Shown: in pieces, positions 12,338 through 29,025 of the stretch
Numbering within the stretch: the first letter of the stretch is position 1
How the letters are laid out: each line of letters starts with the position of its first letter
Notes under the pieces: generated by a model
Database searches by the model: none
Seen by the model: the letters and a program-made list of their open reading frames with translations, nothing else
Told to the model about the DNA's origin: nothing
Position numbers and translations under genes: made by a program
Source: Octopus vulgaris
Taxonomy: Eukaryota
Length of the DNA stretch: 64,000 nt
NCBI GenBank assembly: GCA_951406725.2
Contig: OX597843.1
Span: 17,670,001-17,734,000 of the forward strand
Direction of reading: 5' to 3'

Positions 12338-13243
12338 ATATATATACATATATATACATATGTATACATGTACGTATATACATATCTATATACAAATATG
12401 TATGGTGTGGTGTGTCTGTATAAACTGAGATGTTTCCCTACACACAAGTAAAAGAATAAAGGAATATGTAGATTACCATATAAGTTTAATCCATACAAGA
12501 AGAGAGACACAACTGTATGTATATGCGTGCGTGTGTAGAAAAACTAAATATACACACGTATATACACGAGTATTCCTACACACACACACACACACAGCCA
12601 CGCAGCCACACACCCACACACTCGTACTTCCTCACGTTCCAGTGCAGACATAGAAATATACGCAGCAAAAGTGTAAGAGCGAAAAATTCGCTCTTTTTTC
12701 GCTGCTCCATTGTGATTTGTTTGTCAACTCTCGTCTAAGATGCAGCAAAAAATCACTGGTGAATATTAATAATTCACGCGGAAAATTATGTCGGGAAACA
12801 TCACAGTTTATACAGACACACCACACCACACATAATTGTATATAGATATGCATACATGCATACATATGTATATATATGTATATATATGTATATATGGATA
12901 TATATATATATATATATATATATAAGTATGCATATAGATATTTATATATATAAATATGAACGTAGATATATAAATATATGTGTAATCATATACATATGTG
13001 TGTGTATATATATATACATACAAAGATACATACATACATATATATATATACACACGCATATACATATATATATATAAGCCTATATATATACACACACATA
13101 TATATATACATATATATGTATATGTACGCATATATACATACATACATATCTATAAATATATATACATACACACTCACACATATGAATATAAATGCAAATA
13201 TATATATATATAATGTAGAAATAAGAATCAAAGTAAAAAAGAA

Positions 13244-13321
<78 letters not shown>

Positions 13322-13386
13322 TATATACATATATATACATATGTATATATTTATATACATATATGTATATTGTATGTATATATATA

Positions 13387-13426
<40 letters not shown>

Positions 13427-14059
13427 CACATATACATACATATATGTATATATATATATATACACATACACATATACATACATATATGTATATATATATA
13501 TATACACACATACTTACACACATGTATATATATGGCCCCACAATGGCCACAGCTTTAAAGCTGAAACAATTTAAATATATATGTATGTATGTATGGATGG
13601 ATGGATGGATGGATGTATGTTTGGATGGATGGATGGATGTACACTAATGTTTGACTTTATATCGAGTCTATCAAACAAACAATTCGATCCTGAATCGAAG
13701 AATTTCCTAGCAATGTTTAATGGCGTATATATGTTGTTCACTTTTACAAGAAGGGGGCTGATACTAACACCGACGTTTCGAGCTGGTGGCCATCGTTGGG
13801 CAGGCAGAGTAAGATTAGAAGACGAGCAGGTTTAGTTGACGGAAACTGAAAGAATCCCATCGGTATTGTATGGGATATTCAAATAAACTATATGTGTGTG
13901 TGTGTGCGCGTATGTTTGTATGCATGTTTGTGCTTGAGCCCACCCATCCTTCCTGCCAGGCACCGCTCGGCAACCCGTACGAGAACTACAAGGCATCAAT
14001 AAAAAAATGTATACACCTTTATACATACGTGTGTGTGTGTGTATATATATATACGTAAG

Positions 14060-14106
<47 letters not shown>

Positions 14107-14228
14107 TGTGTGACCTCGTCTGTATCACTAGCGACTTTTTTCCCCTGTCTTCCCTTCTCGGGATGTTTTTGTTTTCTTGTTTGGATTAACTTTATATATA
14201 TACATACGTAAGTATGTATGTATGTATG

Positions 14229-14276
<48 letters not shown>

Positions 14277-14309
14277 ATAATCGTACATATATATAACATA
14301 CACATACCG

Positions 14310-14353
<44 letters not shown>

Positions 14354-14411
14354 CATACGTAAGTGTGTATGTATATATATATATATATATATATATAACA
14401 TACACATTCCG

Positions 14412-14453
<42 letters not shown>

Positions 14454-14731
14454 GTATATATATACACACACACACACACACACATATGTATATATATATA
14501 TATAAATGTGTGTGTGAAGGATACACACCCACCTAATCTCACAGGATTAACGACCGCACCGATGAATACATAGATATATACATGCGTATATATGTACAGA
14601 CACTCAGCTACATATACACATCCATAATTAAACAGGAAACTGTTGAGAAGTGACGGCCACGTCGAAGGACACAGAATGTATAACATGTTTATTTATGAAT
14701 GTGGTTTCGTTTTTGTTCGTGTGTCTGTATA

Positions 14732-14791
<60 letters not shown>

Positions 14792-14796
14792 TATCT

Positions 14797-14845
<49 letters not shown>

Positions 14846-14953
14846 TAATCGTTATATGTATTATCTTATATTTAATCTTTCTATAATACGTAATTTTTCT
14901 AAATGGTATAATTTAATTCATCATTATTGAAATAAAATGTGTTTCTTTTCTAA

Positions 14954-14987
<34 letters not shown>

Positions 14988-15001
14988 CATATATATATAC
15001 A

Positions 15002-15107
<106 letters not shown>

Positions 15108-15113
15108 TGTATA

Positions 15114-15213
<100 letters not shown>

Positions 15214-15361
15214 TAATCCAAACGGGAAAACAGAAAAAACAACAACACGTGGAACAATTACAGTATTATTATTATTAGGCGCTCAGGAAAATGGAAGAAG
15301 GAGGGTATGTATATATATATATATGTATATGTATATATATGTATATGTATATGTATATATA

Positions 15362-15397
<36 letters not shown>

Positions 15398-15774
15398 TAC
15401 ATAGACACACACTTATGCACACATAATTATAGAAGCTTAAGTGTAATATTCTTTTGTATACAATTATATAACTACATATCAAGAAATATATTTTATATAC
15501 ATATAAACATAGATTTTCATCGGCAAAATTTACAAGGCGTATGCTGTGTATGCAAATGGAGTGTGTTGTATAGTGAAATAGATATGTGTCGAGATTAAAC
15601 AGCCGAAATTGCTAAGATGATCCGGTTCCCGACTGAAGATTAGAGGTTTCGAGTGTCCCGTCTGTTTTCTTGTGTCGTCTCTTTGTGTGTTTTTGCGTTC
15701 TTGTCCCACTTTGTAATTTATAATTTATATTTAATTTCAATATATTTATATTTAATTTCTATATTTATATATAT

Positions 15775-16327
15775 CAGAAGAAATGAGGTACTCAGAAAAT
15801 CGGATGGTTTATATTTACAGATATTTCTTTGTATATTACATTTTTTATATATCATATAACTTAGATCATGTATTAGCGCTTTCTCCCATTCTAGTGGGGT
15901 TTTCAAATCAAACTAAGTTCCTGTGTGAAAAGTTTTGACCATTTTATAGTGGTATTGTGTTTGTAGTGGTGGGGAGGAATATAAGACAGTACAAGAGGGT
16001 GATGGATGAGGAGAAAGTGAGAGAGAGAACATGTGTGTATGTGTGTGTGTGTGTGTGTTTGTATTTGGGATGACTGCTATGTCTTATTATCCTCCCCACC
16101 ACTACAAAATCAATACCACTATAAAATGGTCAAAACTTTTCACACAGGAACTTAGTTTGATTTGAAAACCCCACTAGAATGGGAGAAAGCGCTAATACAT
16201 GATCTAAGTTATATGATGTATAAAAACATGTAATATACAAAGAAATATCTGTAAATACAAAACCATCCGAATTTCTGAGTACCTCATTTCTTCTAATATA
16301 AAATACCTGTACATCATCTCCAAACCT

Positions 16328-16333
<6 letters not shown>
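15775..16333. mobile_element. Fold-back element (arms about 213 bp) with an HHR-like motif in each arm
   Basis: Inverted arms 15775-15988 / 16080-16294; TTGAAAA-C-CCCA(CTAGAA)TGGG-A-GAAAG-CG-CTA at 16162-16194 (+) and 15872-15908 (-); related copy at 27811-28012. Confidence 0.8.
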
Positions 16334-16409
<76 letters not shown>

Positions 16410-16544
16410 GTTGTATACTGTCACTCTAACGTGAACGTGACTGTAGGGGGTTACACTACCGCTGTGTAGCCCTAGGAAGCATCGACGCTTCCTGCTGGCT
16501 TCGACACATTTTTCCTGTGTCCTTATATACATTTACGAAGGGGA

Positions 16545-16627
<83 letters not shown>

Positions 16628-16705
16628 GTATACGTATAATATTTATGTTCAATTAAAAAACCAATGGACTGCTCGACACATTTTAGTGTGAAAATTTTAT
16701 TATAG

Positions 16706-17685
<980 letters not shown>

Positions 17686-17720
17686 CCTATATATATATAT
17701 ATGTGTGTGTGTGTGTAGTG

Positions 17721-17763
<43 letters not shown>

Positions 17764-17774
17764 GTATATATATG

Positions 17775-17994
<220 letters not shown>

Positions 17995-18222
17995 AATTAA
18001 GCAAAAAGGTCAGAGATTTATTTTTGCTTATATTTGTTAATGTTTTTATCTTGTAATAAAAACAATTTTACATTAAATTGCAGTAGTACTCAATACAGTT
18101 GGTGGAGTACAAAAATTTTATTCATCAACAAGAAGATTTTTGAATGTAACTTCGTAGTTTCGGCCAGCTAAACCATAATCGGACTGTAAGAACACACACA
18201 CACACAGACATATATATATATA

Positions 18223-18275
<53 letters not shown>

Positions 18276-18559
18276 TCATATATATATATGTTTCATTTGG
18301 GGATTTGGTTTGCAAGATTCTTTATATGAGTTCGTGTGTTGAAGCATATTCTGTTGTGTCTAGGGAGGGTCATTTTCTTTTTGTGCCTTATAATGTAACA
18401 CACTCACCGGTAAGATTTCGACTCATTTACATATTTTTTCCTAAAAGTTTCGTCGCTGAGTCTTGCGACTTTTTAAAGTCGTTGACTTTGTTCGTTATCC
18501 GAGCTATATTTTGTTTGTTTGTGCGCATGTGTGTGGGTCAGTGTGTCTGTGCATACACA

Positions 18560-19140
18560 TGTATGTATGTACGTATGTATGTATGTATGTATGTATGTAT
18601 GTATGTATGTATGTATGTATGTATGTATGTATGTATGTATGTATGTACGTATGTATGTATGTATGTATGTATGTATGTATGTACGTATGTATGTATGTAC
18701 GTACGTATGTATGTATGTATGTATGTACGTATGTATGTATGTATGTACGTATGTATGTATGTATGTACGTATGTATGTATGTATGTACGTACGTATGTAT
18801 GTATGTACGTACGTATGTATGTATGTATGTATGTATGTACGTACGTATGTATGTATGTATGTATGTATGTATGTATGTATGTATGTATGTATGTATGTAT
18901 GTTTGTATGTTTGTATGTATGTATGTATGTATGTATGTTTGTATGTATGTATGTATGTTTGTATGTATGTATGTATGTGTGTGTGTGTATGTATGTATGT
19001 ATGTATGTATGTGTTGTATGTATGTATGTATGTGTGTGTGTATGTATGTATGTATGTATGTATGTATGCATGCATGTATGTATGTATGTATGTATGTATG
19101 TGTGTATGTATGTAAGTGTGTATATGCATGTATGTATGTG
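18560..19140. repeat. (GTAT)n microsatellite array
   Basis: Direct reading; similar arrays at 23700-24255, 57325-57840 and 58878-59035. Confidence 0.95.
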
Positions 19141-19440
19141 TGTGTGTGTGTGCGTGTGTGCGATTGCATATATATATGTATATATTCTGCATATTCATGT
19201 ACTTTTGTTTGTGTGTTTTTGTGTTTTCATGTGCGTGTGTGTGTGTATGGGTTTTGTGAGTGTGTATTGTATGGATGTGTGTCTCCATATGTGTCCTTGT
19301 ATAAAGTGAAGTATGTGTGTGTATATGGTCACTTGTTTCAGACATCCTTTGCGTATGTGTGTGTATGCGTGTCTGTTCATGTTACCTATGTACCTATCCG
19401 CCTGTATGTATATCTGCTTACATTCATAGCCATTTGCCTG

Positions 19441-20840
19441 CATACACGTGCATATATATATACGCATACACACACATCTACATACATGTGCATATATATA
19501 TACGCATACACACACATCTACATACATGTGCATATACATATACGAATACACACACATCTACATACATGTGCATATACATATACGTATACACACACATCTA
19601 CATACATGTGCATATACATCTACGTAAACACACACATCTACATACATGTGCATATACATATACGCATACACACACATCTACATACATGTGAATATACATA
19701 TACGTATACACACACATCTATATACATGTGCATATACATATACGTATACACACACATCTACATACATGTGCATATACATATACGTATACACACACATCTA
19801 CATACATGTGCATATACATATACGTATACACACACATCTACATACATGTGCATATACATATACGTATACACACACATCTACATACATGTGCATATACATA
19901 TACGTATACACACACATCTACATACATGTGCATATATATATACGCATACACACACATCTACATACATGTGCATATACATATACGTATACACACACATCTA
20001 TATACATGTGCATATACATATACGTATACACACACATCTACATACATGTGCATATACATATACGTATACACACACATCTACATACATGTGCATATACATA
20101 TACGTATACACACACATATACATACATGTGCATATACATATACGTATACACACACATCGACATACATGTGCATATACATATACGTATACACACACATCTA
20201 CATACATGTGCATATACATATACGTATACACACACATATACATACATGTGCATATACATATACGTATACACACACATCTACATACATGTGCATATACATA
20301 TACGTATACACACACATCTACATACATGTGCATATACATATACGTATACACACACATCTACATACATGTGCATATACATATACGTATACACACACATCTA
20401 CATACATGTGCATATATATATACGCATACACACACATCTACATACATGTGCATATACATATACGTATACACACACATCTATATACATGTGCATATACATA
20501 TACGTATACACACACATCTACATACATGTGCATATACATATACGTATACACACACATCTACATACATGTGCATATACATATACGTATACACACACATCTA
20601 CATACATGTGCATATACATATACGTATACACACACATCGACATACATGTGCATATACATATACGTATACACACACATCTACATACATGTGCATATACATA
20701 TACGTATACACACACATATACATACATGTGCATATACATATACGTATACACACACATCTACATACATGTGCATATACATATACGTATACACACACATATA
20801 CATACATGTGCATATACATATACGTATACACACATCTACA
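19441..20840. repeat. 40-bp tandem satellite, about 35 copies
   Basis: Unit CATACATGTGCATATACATATACGTATACACACACATCTA. Confidence 0.97.
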
Positions 20841-20983
20841 TAACAGCCCATTAGCTATTCTACCTGTATATAAATATAAACTCTAGGTATGGGGCTATGA
20901 TGTCCCACTGCGTATATTTCCTGTTTACGACTATATTTCTTTCTACTAATATATATATATACATGCATATATCTGTTTGTGTT

Positions 20984-21038
<55 letters not shown>

Positions 21039-21489
21039 CCATAAAAATTGTTTATGCTCCAGTGATGAAAATTTAGTGTTTTTACGATAATAAATAAAAT
21101 CCCTGTAAAGCAGCGTATATTTAATTAATAACTGGAACAGTGCAGTTATACAAGACTTCTCTAAAGTCTAGCCTTTCCCTGTAAACAGCTGAGATGCCTA
21201 AATTAGAAAGACGGAGTTTGTTTCTTCCTGAAGGTAAAAGCTTTTCGTATTTTTATGATGGACGTCAAAAATTGAAAGAAAATTAATTGCTATGTATGTA
21301 TGTACACTTATATATACTCACGTATACACACACATTCCCAAATATATGCATCGCTGTATATTTAAGTTTTCTTGCATATATTTATTCTTGTGTAGAGTCA
21401 TTTACACGTACATAAATACATTCATACATATATGTTTATATAAATGTATACGAGAAATGTAGATAAACATACAAACATATACACATACC

Positions 21490-21883
21490 CTTTCACTTGT
21501 TTTCAGTCACTTGACTGCGGCCATGCTGGAGCACCGCCTTTAATCGAGCAACTCGACCCCGGGACTTATTCTTTTGTAAGCCCAGTACTTATTCTATCGG
21601 TCTCTTGTGCCGAACCGCTAAGTGACGGGGACATAAACACACCAGCATCGGTTGTCAAGCAATGCTAGGGGGACAAACACAGACACACAAACACACACTC
21701 GCATATACATATATATACATATATACGACGGGCTTCTTTCAGTTTCCGTCTACCAAATCCACTCACAAGGCTTTGGTCAGCCCGAGGCTATAGTAGAAGA
21801 CACTTGCCCAAGGTGCCAGGCAGTGGGACTGAACACGGAGCCATGTGGTTGGTAAACAAGCTACTTACCACACAGCCACTCCT
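21490..21883 (-). mobile_element. Major SINE family copy
   Basis: Reverse complement of the family sequence. Confidence 0.9.
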
Positions 21884-22647
21884 GGTATATATTTCGCTTA
21901 GGAATCCGCGTCGTCGCAAACGATGGTGTACAAATAACCTGGTGTAGAACGCAATATGATTATGTTTCAGAACAAAATGTTAAATGAGTAAAGAACGGTA
22001 ATAAGAGTCCACTGCATCTCGTAGCAGAAACGGCTGTAAGCCAATGAAGAGTGTAAGATAATGATTTATTCCTTTGTCATCTCATACACACACACACACG
22101 ATGGGATATTATTCATTGATGATATTTTTTATAAATGAAAAACAAGGCTTCTTATCAACGATAACACTGGATTCCCATCAGTTGCGGTGACATGGGTCCC
22201 AGTGGATCCGATCAACGGAACAGTCAGCTCATGAAAATAGCATGCAAGTGGATGAGTATTCCGCAGACACCGGTCCCCTTGACATAGTTTCCAGGGAAAG
22301 TCAGCGTGACAAAAAGTATAACTAGACTGACCCTTTTATTTACAAAATGCAAATCATTTTCGTCAGCTGATTAGAGTAAATTGAAATGAAGAACAAAACA
22401 CACCGCCGCGAATCGAACTCATAACCACACGATCACTGGCCGAATAACCTTAATGCTAAACCAAATGTTTTCATTAGTTAAAAATAATCCTTACTAGCAT
22501 AGGCATAAGGTCTAAAAATTTTGGGGTGGGTGAGGCAGGGCGATAAGTCGATTACATCGACCCGAGTACGCAAATGGTACTTAATTTATCGACCCTGAAA
22601 GGATGAAAGGCAAAGTCGGCCACGGCGGAATTTGAACTAAGAACGGA

Positions 22648-22651
22648 CAAC

Positions 22652-22699
<48 letters not shown>

Positions 22700-22718
22700 A
22701 ATAATGATAATAATAATA

Positions 22719-22750
<32 letters not shown>

Positions 22751-22806
22751 AATAACAACAACAACAAAAATAATAATAATAATAATAATAACAACAACAA
22801 CAACAA

Positions 22807-22854
<48 letters not shown>

Positions 22855-22873
22855 AATAATGATAATAATAATA

Positions 22874-22905
<32 letters not shown>

Positions 22906-22961
22906 AATAACAACAACAACAAAAATAATAATAATAATAATAATAACAACAACAACAACAA

Positions 22962-23003
<42 letters not shown>
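22648..23003. repeat. Compound (AAT)/(GAT)/(AAC) microsatellite duplicated as a unit of about 155 bp
   Basis: The same succession of triplet blocks occurs twice. Confidence 0.85.
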
Positions 23004-23004
<1 letters not shown>

Positions 23005-23323
23005 TGCGGATGGTTTGTACTTGTGAGGATTGCATTTCTTAGAACTATTTTTTGCTAAAATGAATAAAGTTCATGTCTATCAAACTATGCTCCATACAAC
23101 ATACATGTATATGCACACACACACACTCTCACACACACACACACACATATGTATTTATATATATATTATTTATATCATATATATATAATACATTTTATAT
23201 ATAATTATATACATTTTATTAATACATTTTATTAATTAATACATTTTATATATAATTATATATATAATATAAATAATATATATTTACATATATATACATA
23301 TATATTATATAAATATTATATAT

Positions 23324-23368
<45 letters not shown>

Positions 23369-23379
23369 TATATATATAC

Positions 23380-23449
<70 letters not shown>

Positions 23450-24524
23450 ATATATGTATGTGTGTGTGAGTGTATACATATGTATGTATATTTTTTACTG
23501 ATGTTCTGGGAGGCATCGTCAGTGATGATGTTGCCGGGATGCGGGTCCTAACGACATAGGGGTCTTTCAAACTTAGACCCTGCTCACCCATTTAACCCAG
23601 CCAGGCTCTGTATGTATATATATATATCTTCATGTATGTATGTGCATGTATTCATGTGCGTGTATTTATTTATATATACATGTGATGTATATATGTGTGT
23701 ACATACATACATACATACATACATACATACAAACATACATACATATATACATACATACATAGAAACATACATACATATATACATACATACATACATATAT
23801 ACATACATACATATATATATACATACATAGAAACATACATACATACATACAAACATACATACATATATACATACATACATATATACATACATACCTACAT
23901 ACATACAAACATACATACATACATACATACAAAGATACATACATGTATACGTATATACATATATACATACATACATACATATATACATACATACATACAA
24001 ACATACATACATACAAACATACATACATAGATACATACATACATACATACATACATACATACATACATACATAGGTACATATACACATACATACATACAA
24101 ACATACATACATACATACACGCATTCATACATACATACATACATACATAGGTACATATATACATACATACATACATACATACATACATACATACATACAT
24201 ACATACATACATACATACATACATACACACATACATACATACATGCATACATACTTCCCACCCGAAGACGGTGCTGTAGCGTGGCCGGAGTTCAATGACT
24301 AAAACAAATGATAAAGATTATTAGAGAGAAAAAGAGAAGGTAAAGGTAAGACATACAGACTTGTCAACTGTTTTGTGTGAACTCTAGTGGCCGAGTATCT
24401 CGAGTGATGTTTCTGAAGTTGTACAATCCGAGCGATTGATGGCGGAGTGTGAGAGCCGAGCGAAAACTGGCAACGAGACTCAACGTCGAATATGGCGGTT
24501 TGATGTGAGAAAGGAGGAGGGGCT

Positions 24525-24955
24525 TTGTGTGTGCGTGTGCGGGTGTGGATGTATATTTGTGTGTGTGTGTGTGTGTGTCTGTGTGTGTGTGTGTGTATAT
24601 TTGTGTGTGTGTATATATTTGTGTGTGTGTGTGTGTGTGAGTATGTGTGTTTGCATGCGTGTGTGTGTGTGTGTATATATTTGTGTGTGTGTGTGTGTAT
24701 ATTTGTGTGTGTGTGTGTGTGTGTATATTTGCGTGTGTGTGTGTGTGAGTATGTGTGTATATGTGTTTGCATGCGTGCGTGTGTGTGTGTGTGTGTGCTT
24801 GTATGTGTGTGTATGTGTCTGCATGCGCGCGTGTGTGTGTGTGTATATATATGTGTCTGCATGCGTGTGTCTGTGTGTGTGTGCGTGTATGTGTGTATAT
24901 GTGTCTGCATGCGTGTGTCTGTGTGCGTGCGGGTATGTGTGTATATGTGTCTGCA

Positions 24956-24999
<44 letters not shown>

Positions 25000-25165
25000 T
25001 GTATGTGTGTATATGTGTCTGCATGCGTGTGTCTGTGTGTGTGTGTGTGTGTGCTTGTTTGTGTGCATATGTGTCTGTATGCGTGTGTCTGTGTGTGTGC
25101 GTGTGTGTTTGTGCTTGTATGTGTGTATATGTGTCTGCATGCGTGTGTATGTGTGTGTGTGTGCA
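24525..25165. repeat. (GT)n-based minisatellite with recurring atgtgtctgcatgcgt module
   Basis: Direct reading. Confidence 0.85.
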
Positions 25166-25258
25166 AGAGATGAAGAATCTGGATCTGCCGTGTAGTTAGG
25201 ATTTGGTATGGAACCGACGGAACTTATGTATGTTCATATGTATATATGTGAGCGTGTG

Positions 25259-25300
<42 letters not shown>

Positions 25301-25540
25301 CACTAAAACTGCACAACGAGTGCGCATATTTCTGGAAACACGCACATATGTGTATATTATATTATACATGAAAACCCTTACACACCCCGAATACATAAAT
25401 TATTATCACGGAAAATGCGTGAATATGTGTTTTTCCTATTTTCATAACCATTGAGAATATACATGCATCTGCATATATTCATAAATATGCATACATATAT
25501 ATATATATACATATATAAACACACACATATATATATACAT

Positions 25541-25592
<52 letters not shown>

Positions 25593-25698
25593 AAACATAT
25601 ACAAAAATATATATATACATACATATATTCATATACATATCTATATATGCATACATATATATACATACATATATATACACATATATACATATACACAC

Positions 25699-25753
<55 letters not shown>

Positions 25754-25922
25754 CATGTATCTATATATACATACATTTATATACATATATATATATATAC
25801 ACACATATATATATACATATGTATATACATAAATATATTTATACATATATATACATATATATACATACATATATTTATAAATATACATATATATATATAT
25901 ATATATTTACATATATATATAA

Positions 25923-25969
<47 letters not shown>

Positions 25970-25972
25970 TAT

Positions 25973-26295
25973 GTGAAGGCGAATGGCTCACTTGTTAAAG
26001 CGTTGAGCTTAGGATCGTGAAGTTGTGAGTTCGAATCCCAGACCGGGCTCCTTGTTGTGTTCTTGAGCAAGACACTCCAGTTCATTCAGCTGTAGAAATG
26101 AGTTGCGGCGTCACAGGTGCCAAGCTGTATCGGCCCCTTTGCCATTCCCTTGGATAAAATCGGTGGCGGGGAGAGGGAAGGCCGGTATGCATGGGCGACT
26201 GCTGGTCTTCCATAAACAACCCTGCCCAGACTTGTGCCTAGGATGGTAACCTTCTAGGTGCAATCCCACGGTCAATCATGACCGAAGGGAGTCTC
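25973..26295 (+). mobile_element. tRNA-derived SINE
   Basis: A-box-like TGGCTCACTTG, B box GAGTTCGAATCCC. Confidence 0.75.
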
Positions 26296-26366
26296 AAAAT
26301 ACATATATATTTATGTGTATATACATATATATATATACATATATGTATATATGCATATATATGTTT

Positions 26367-26522
<156 letters not shown>

Positions 26523-26535
26523 GTATATATATATG

Positions 26536-26584
<49 letters not shown>

Positions 26585-26603
26585 GTATATATATATGTAT
26601 ATA

Positions 26604-26711
<108 letters not shown>

Positions 26712-26727
26712 TACATATATATATATA

Positions 26728-27094
26728 AAGAGCCTCCTCGTTCAAATTGCTTTGCTGCGCCTCTGTTCTGTTTTGTTCTGCCAACGGAATTCCTATTTTT
26801 TTCCTGAAGAGAAAGCCACAATATGGTATCCTTATTTAATCAAAATTTGGAAAATTGTGGCTTTTGAAACATGTGTAGAATGCAATAAAAGGAATTCTGT
26901 TCAATCTTCGTTCAACTCCATTTCTTCAATTCACTAATAATATTAAAATTCAATTATCCGCACCAACGCACGGTTGCAACACCAAATGGTTTTATCTCCA
27001 ACCGTGCTTTCTTCTGCTGTGATTTTTGCTACCAAGGTATCGGTTAAACTTTTGATTAATCTGCAACAAGATTATTCATCTTTCTATTTTACCA

Positions 27095-27100
<6 letters not shown>
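26728..27100 (+). mobile_element. Solo pLTR-like element in (TA)n
   Basis: Carries the HHR at 26787-26897; its 3' part recurs, diverged, at 34320-34510. Confidence 0.7.
26787..26897 (+). ncRNA. Type I hammerhead ribozyme, canonical core
   Basis: Stem I TTC/GAA extended by GAATTCCT/AGGAATTC; CTGAAGA 26804-10; 12-bp stem II GAAAGCCACAAT/ATTGTGGCTTTT; GAAAC 26866-70; ATGT; GTA 26875-77. Confidence 0.85.
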
Positions 27101-27131
<31 letters not shown>

Positions 27132-27475
27132 ATATATGTATGTACATATGTGTGTATATATGTGTGTGTATATATATGTATATATATGTATATATATGAA
27201 TGTACATATAGATGTACATATATGTATATATATGTATGTATATATATGTATTTATATATGTATGTATATGTATGTATATATTTGTATATATATATATATG
27301 TATATACGTATATGTATGTATATATATATGTATATGCACGTATATGTATATATGTATATATATGTGTGTATATGTGTATATATATATGTGTGTATATATA
27401 TATATATATGTATGTATATGTATATATATATGTATGTAGATGTTTATGTATATATATACATATACATCTACATAG

Positions 27476-27516
<41 letters not shown>

Positions 27517-27758
27517 CACATATATATATACATATATAAACACATCTATATATACATATATATACATCTATATGTACATACATATATATACATATACATA
27601 AACGTAAGTATAAAGAGTGAAAAGGAAGAGGAATGCCTAATCCTAGAATTGGTACTATACCATAATACTGCCGGTGACTGGTAATTTTAAGGGTTGTGAC
27701 CTCTATTTTGTACTGTAATACGTTCTTAACGGAATACACCTCAACTATATCCATCTAT

Positions 27759-27810
<52 letters not shown>

Positions 27811-27817
<7 letters not shown>

Positions 27818-28011
27818 AATGAGGTAATCAGATCGGATGGTTCATATTTATAGATATTTATTTATATATTACATTTTTTACATATATATCATATCATTCA
27901 GATCATATCATTCGGATTATTAGCGCTTTCTCCCAATCCAGTGGGGTTTTCAAATCAAATCAATTCCTTTTTCTAATATATAATACCTGTACATCATCTC
28001 CAAACCTTCCA

Positions 28012-28012
<1 letters not shown>
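27811..28012 (-). mobile_element. Second copy of the 15775-16333 family; HHR-like motif at 27919-27955
   Basis: Same core and stems; the stem II loop differs (CTGGAT). Confidence 0.7.
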
Positions 28013-28044
<32 letters not shown>

Positions 28045-28147
28045 TATATTAAGTTTATATATTTGTTGTGCAAGGTGTCGTGTGTTGAAACAGACATTGT
28101 TGTATTTATTGGCTAAAGTGGCAAAATGACCATTCCGAAATACAACA

Positions 28148-28330
<183 letters not shown>

Positions 28331-28780
28331 TATATATATGTCTGTATGTACGTGTGTATGTATGTGTGTATGTATATGTATGTATACGGATAGAGAACAT
28401 CACGTCAGTCGTTGCCGAATTCGCCTTACAGAGCCGACGATCGTATTTTTGTTGTCTAATATTCTGAATTTCTGGAAATTCTTCGAAATGCTATTTGGAT
28501 CTCCTTGTCACAGATGAAGAATTGCCTTTGCTGTGTATCCTTCTTGCATTTATTGCTGTCTGATTGTTTGATATATTTAAACAAATCCATTTAAAACTGA
28601 GTGAGTTAGTGATACCAGCTTGGATTTTTGAATCCCAATTTCTTCTTATGTACACACATACACACATACACACATACATACATACATACATACATACATA
28701 CATACATACATACATACATACATACATACATACATACATGCAAATATGTAAACACACACATTACGTATGTATTTATGTAT

Positions 28781-28994
28781 CAGTTGTATTTGAAGGTTTC
28801 TTGCCAATAGAGAAAGAACCGGTTTCTAACCTAGATCCAAGGTTCCTTCATTGGGATTTCAACATCAACAACAGGGTATCTTTGTTTGCGTGTGTATGTG
28901 TGTGTGTATGTATGTATGTATGTATATATATATGTATGTGTGTATGTATGTATGTATGTATGTATGTATGCATGTATGTATGTATGCATGTATG

Positions 28995-29025
<31 letters not shown>

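Noticed and set aside
15590-15770. Hammerhead in the family also at 44650-44780
   Set aside because: GAAA precedes CTGAAGA with no closing stems; the fragments are truncated.
19441-20840. CRISPR-like array
   Set aside because: Head-to-tail tandem units with no unique spacers, in a eukaryotic context with no cas genes.
18305-20886. Very long ORFs (807, 402, 371, 334 aa) and all YI/CV/HT/MYVC-repeat ORFs
   Set aside because: They are stop-free translations of microsatellites and the 40-bp satellite.
21189-21233. Plus-strand micro-exon candidates (also about 12643-12672, 30014-30092, 35166-35190)
   Set aside because: Splice-like sites exist but give no coherent phase chain or recognisable protein; such matches are expected by chance in 64 kb.
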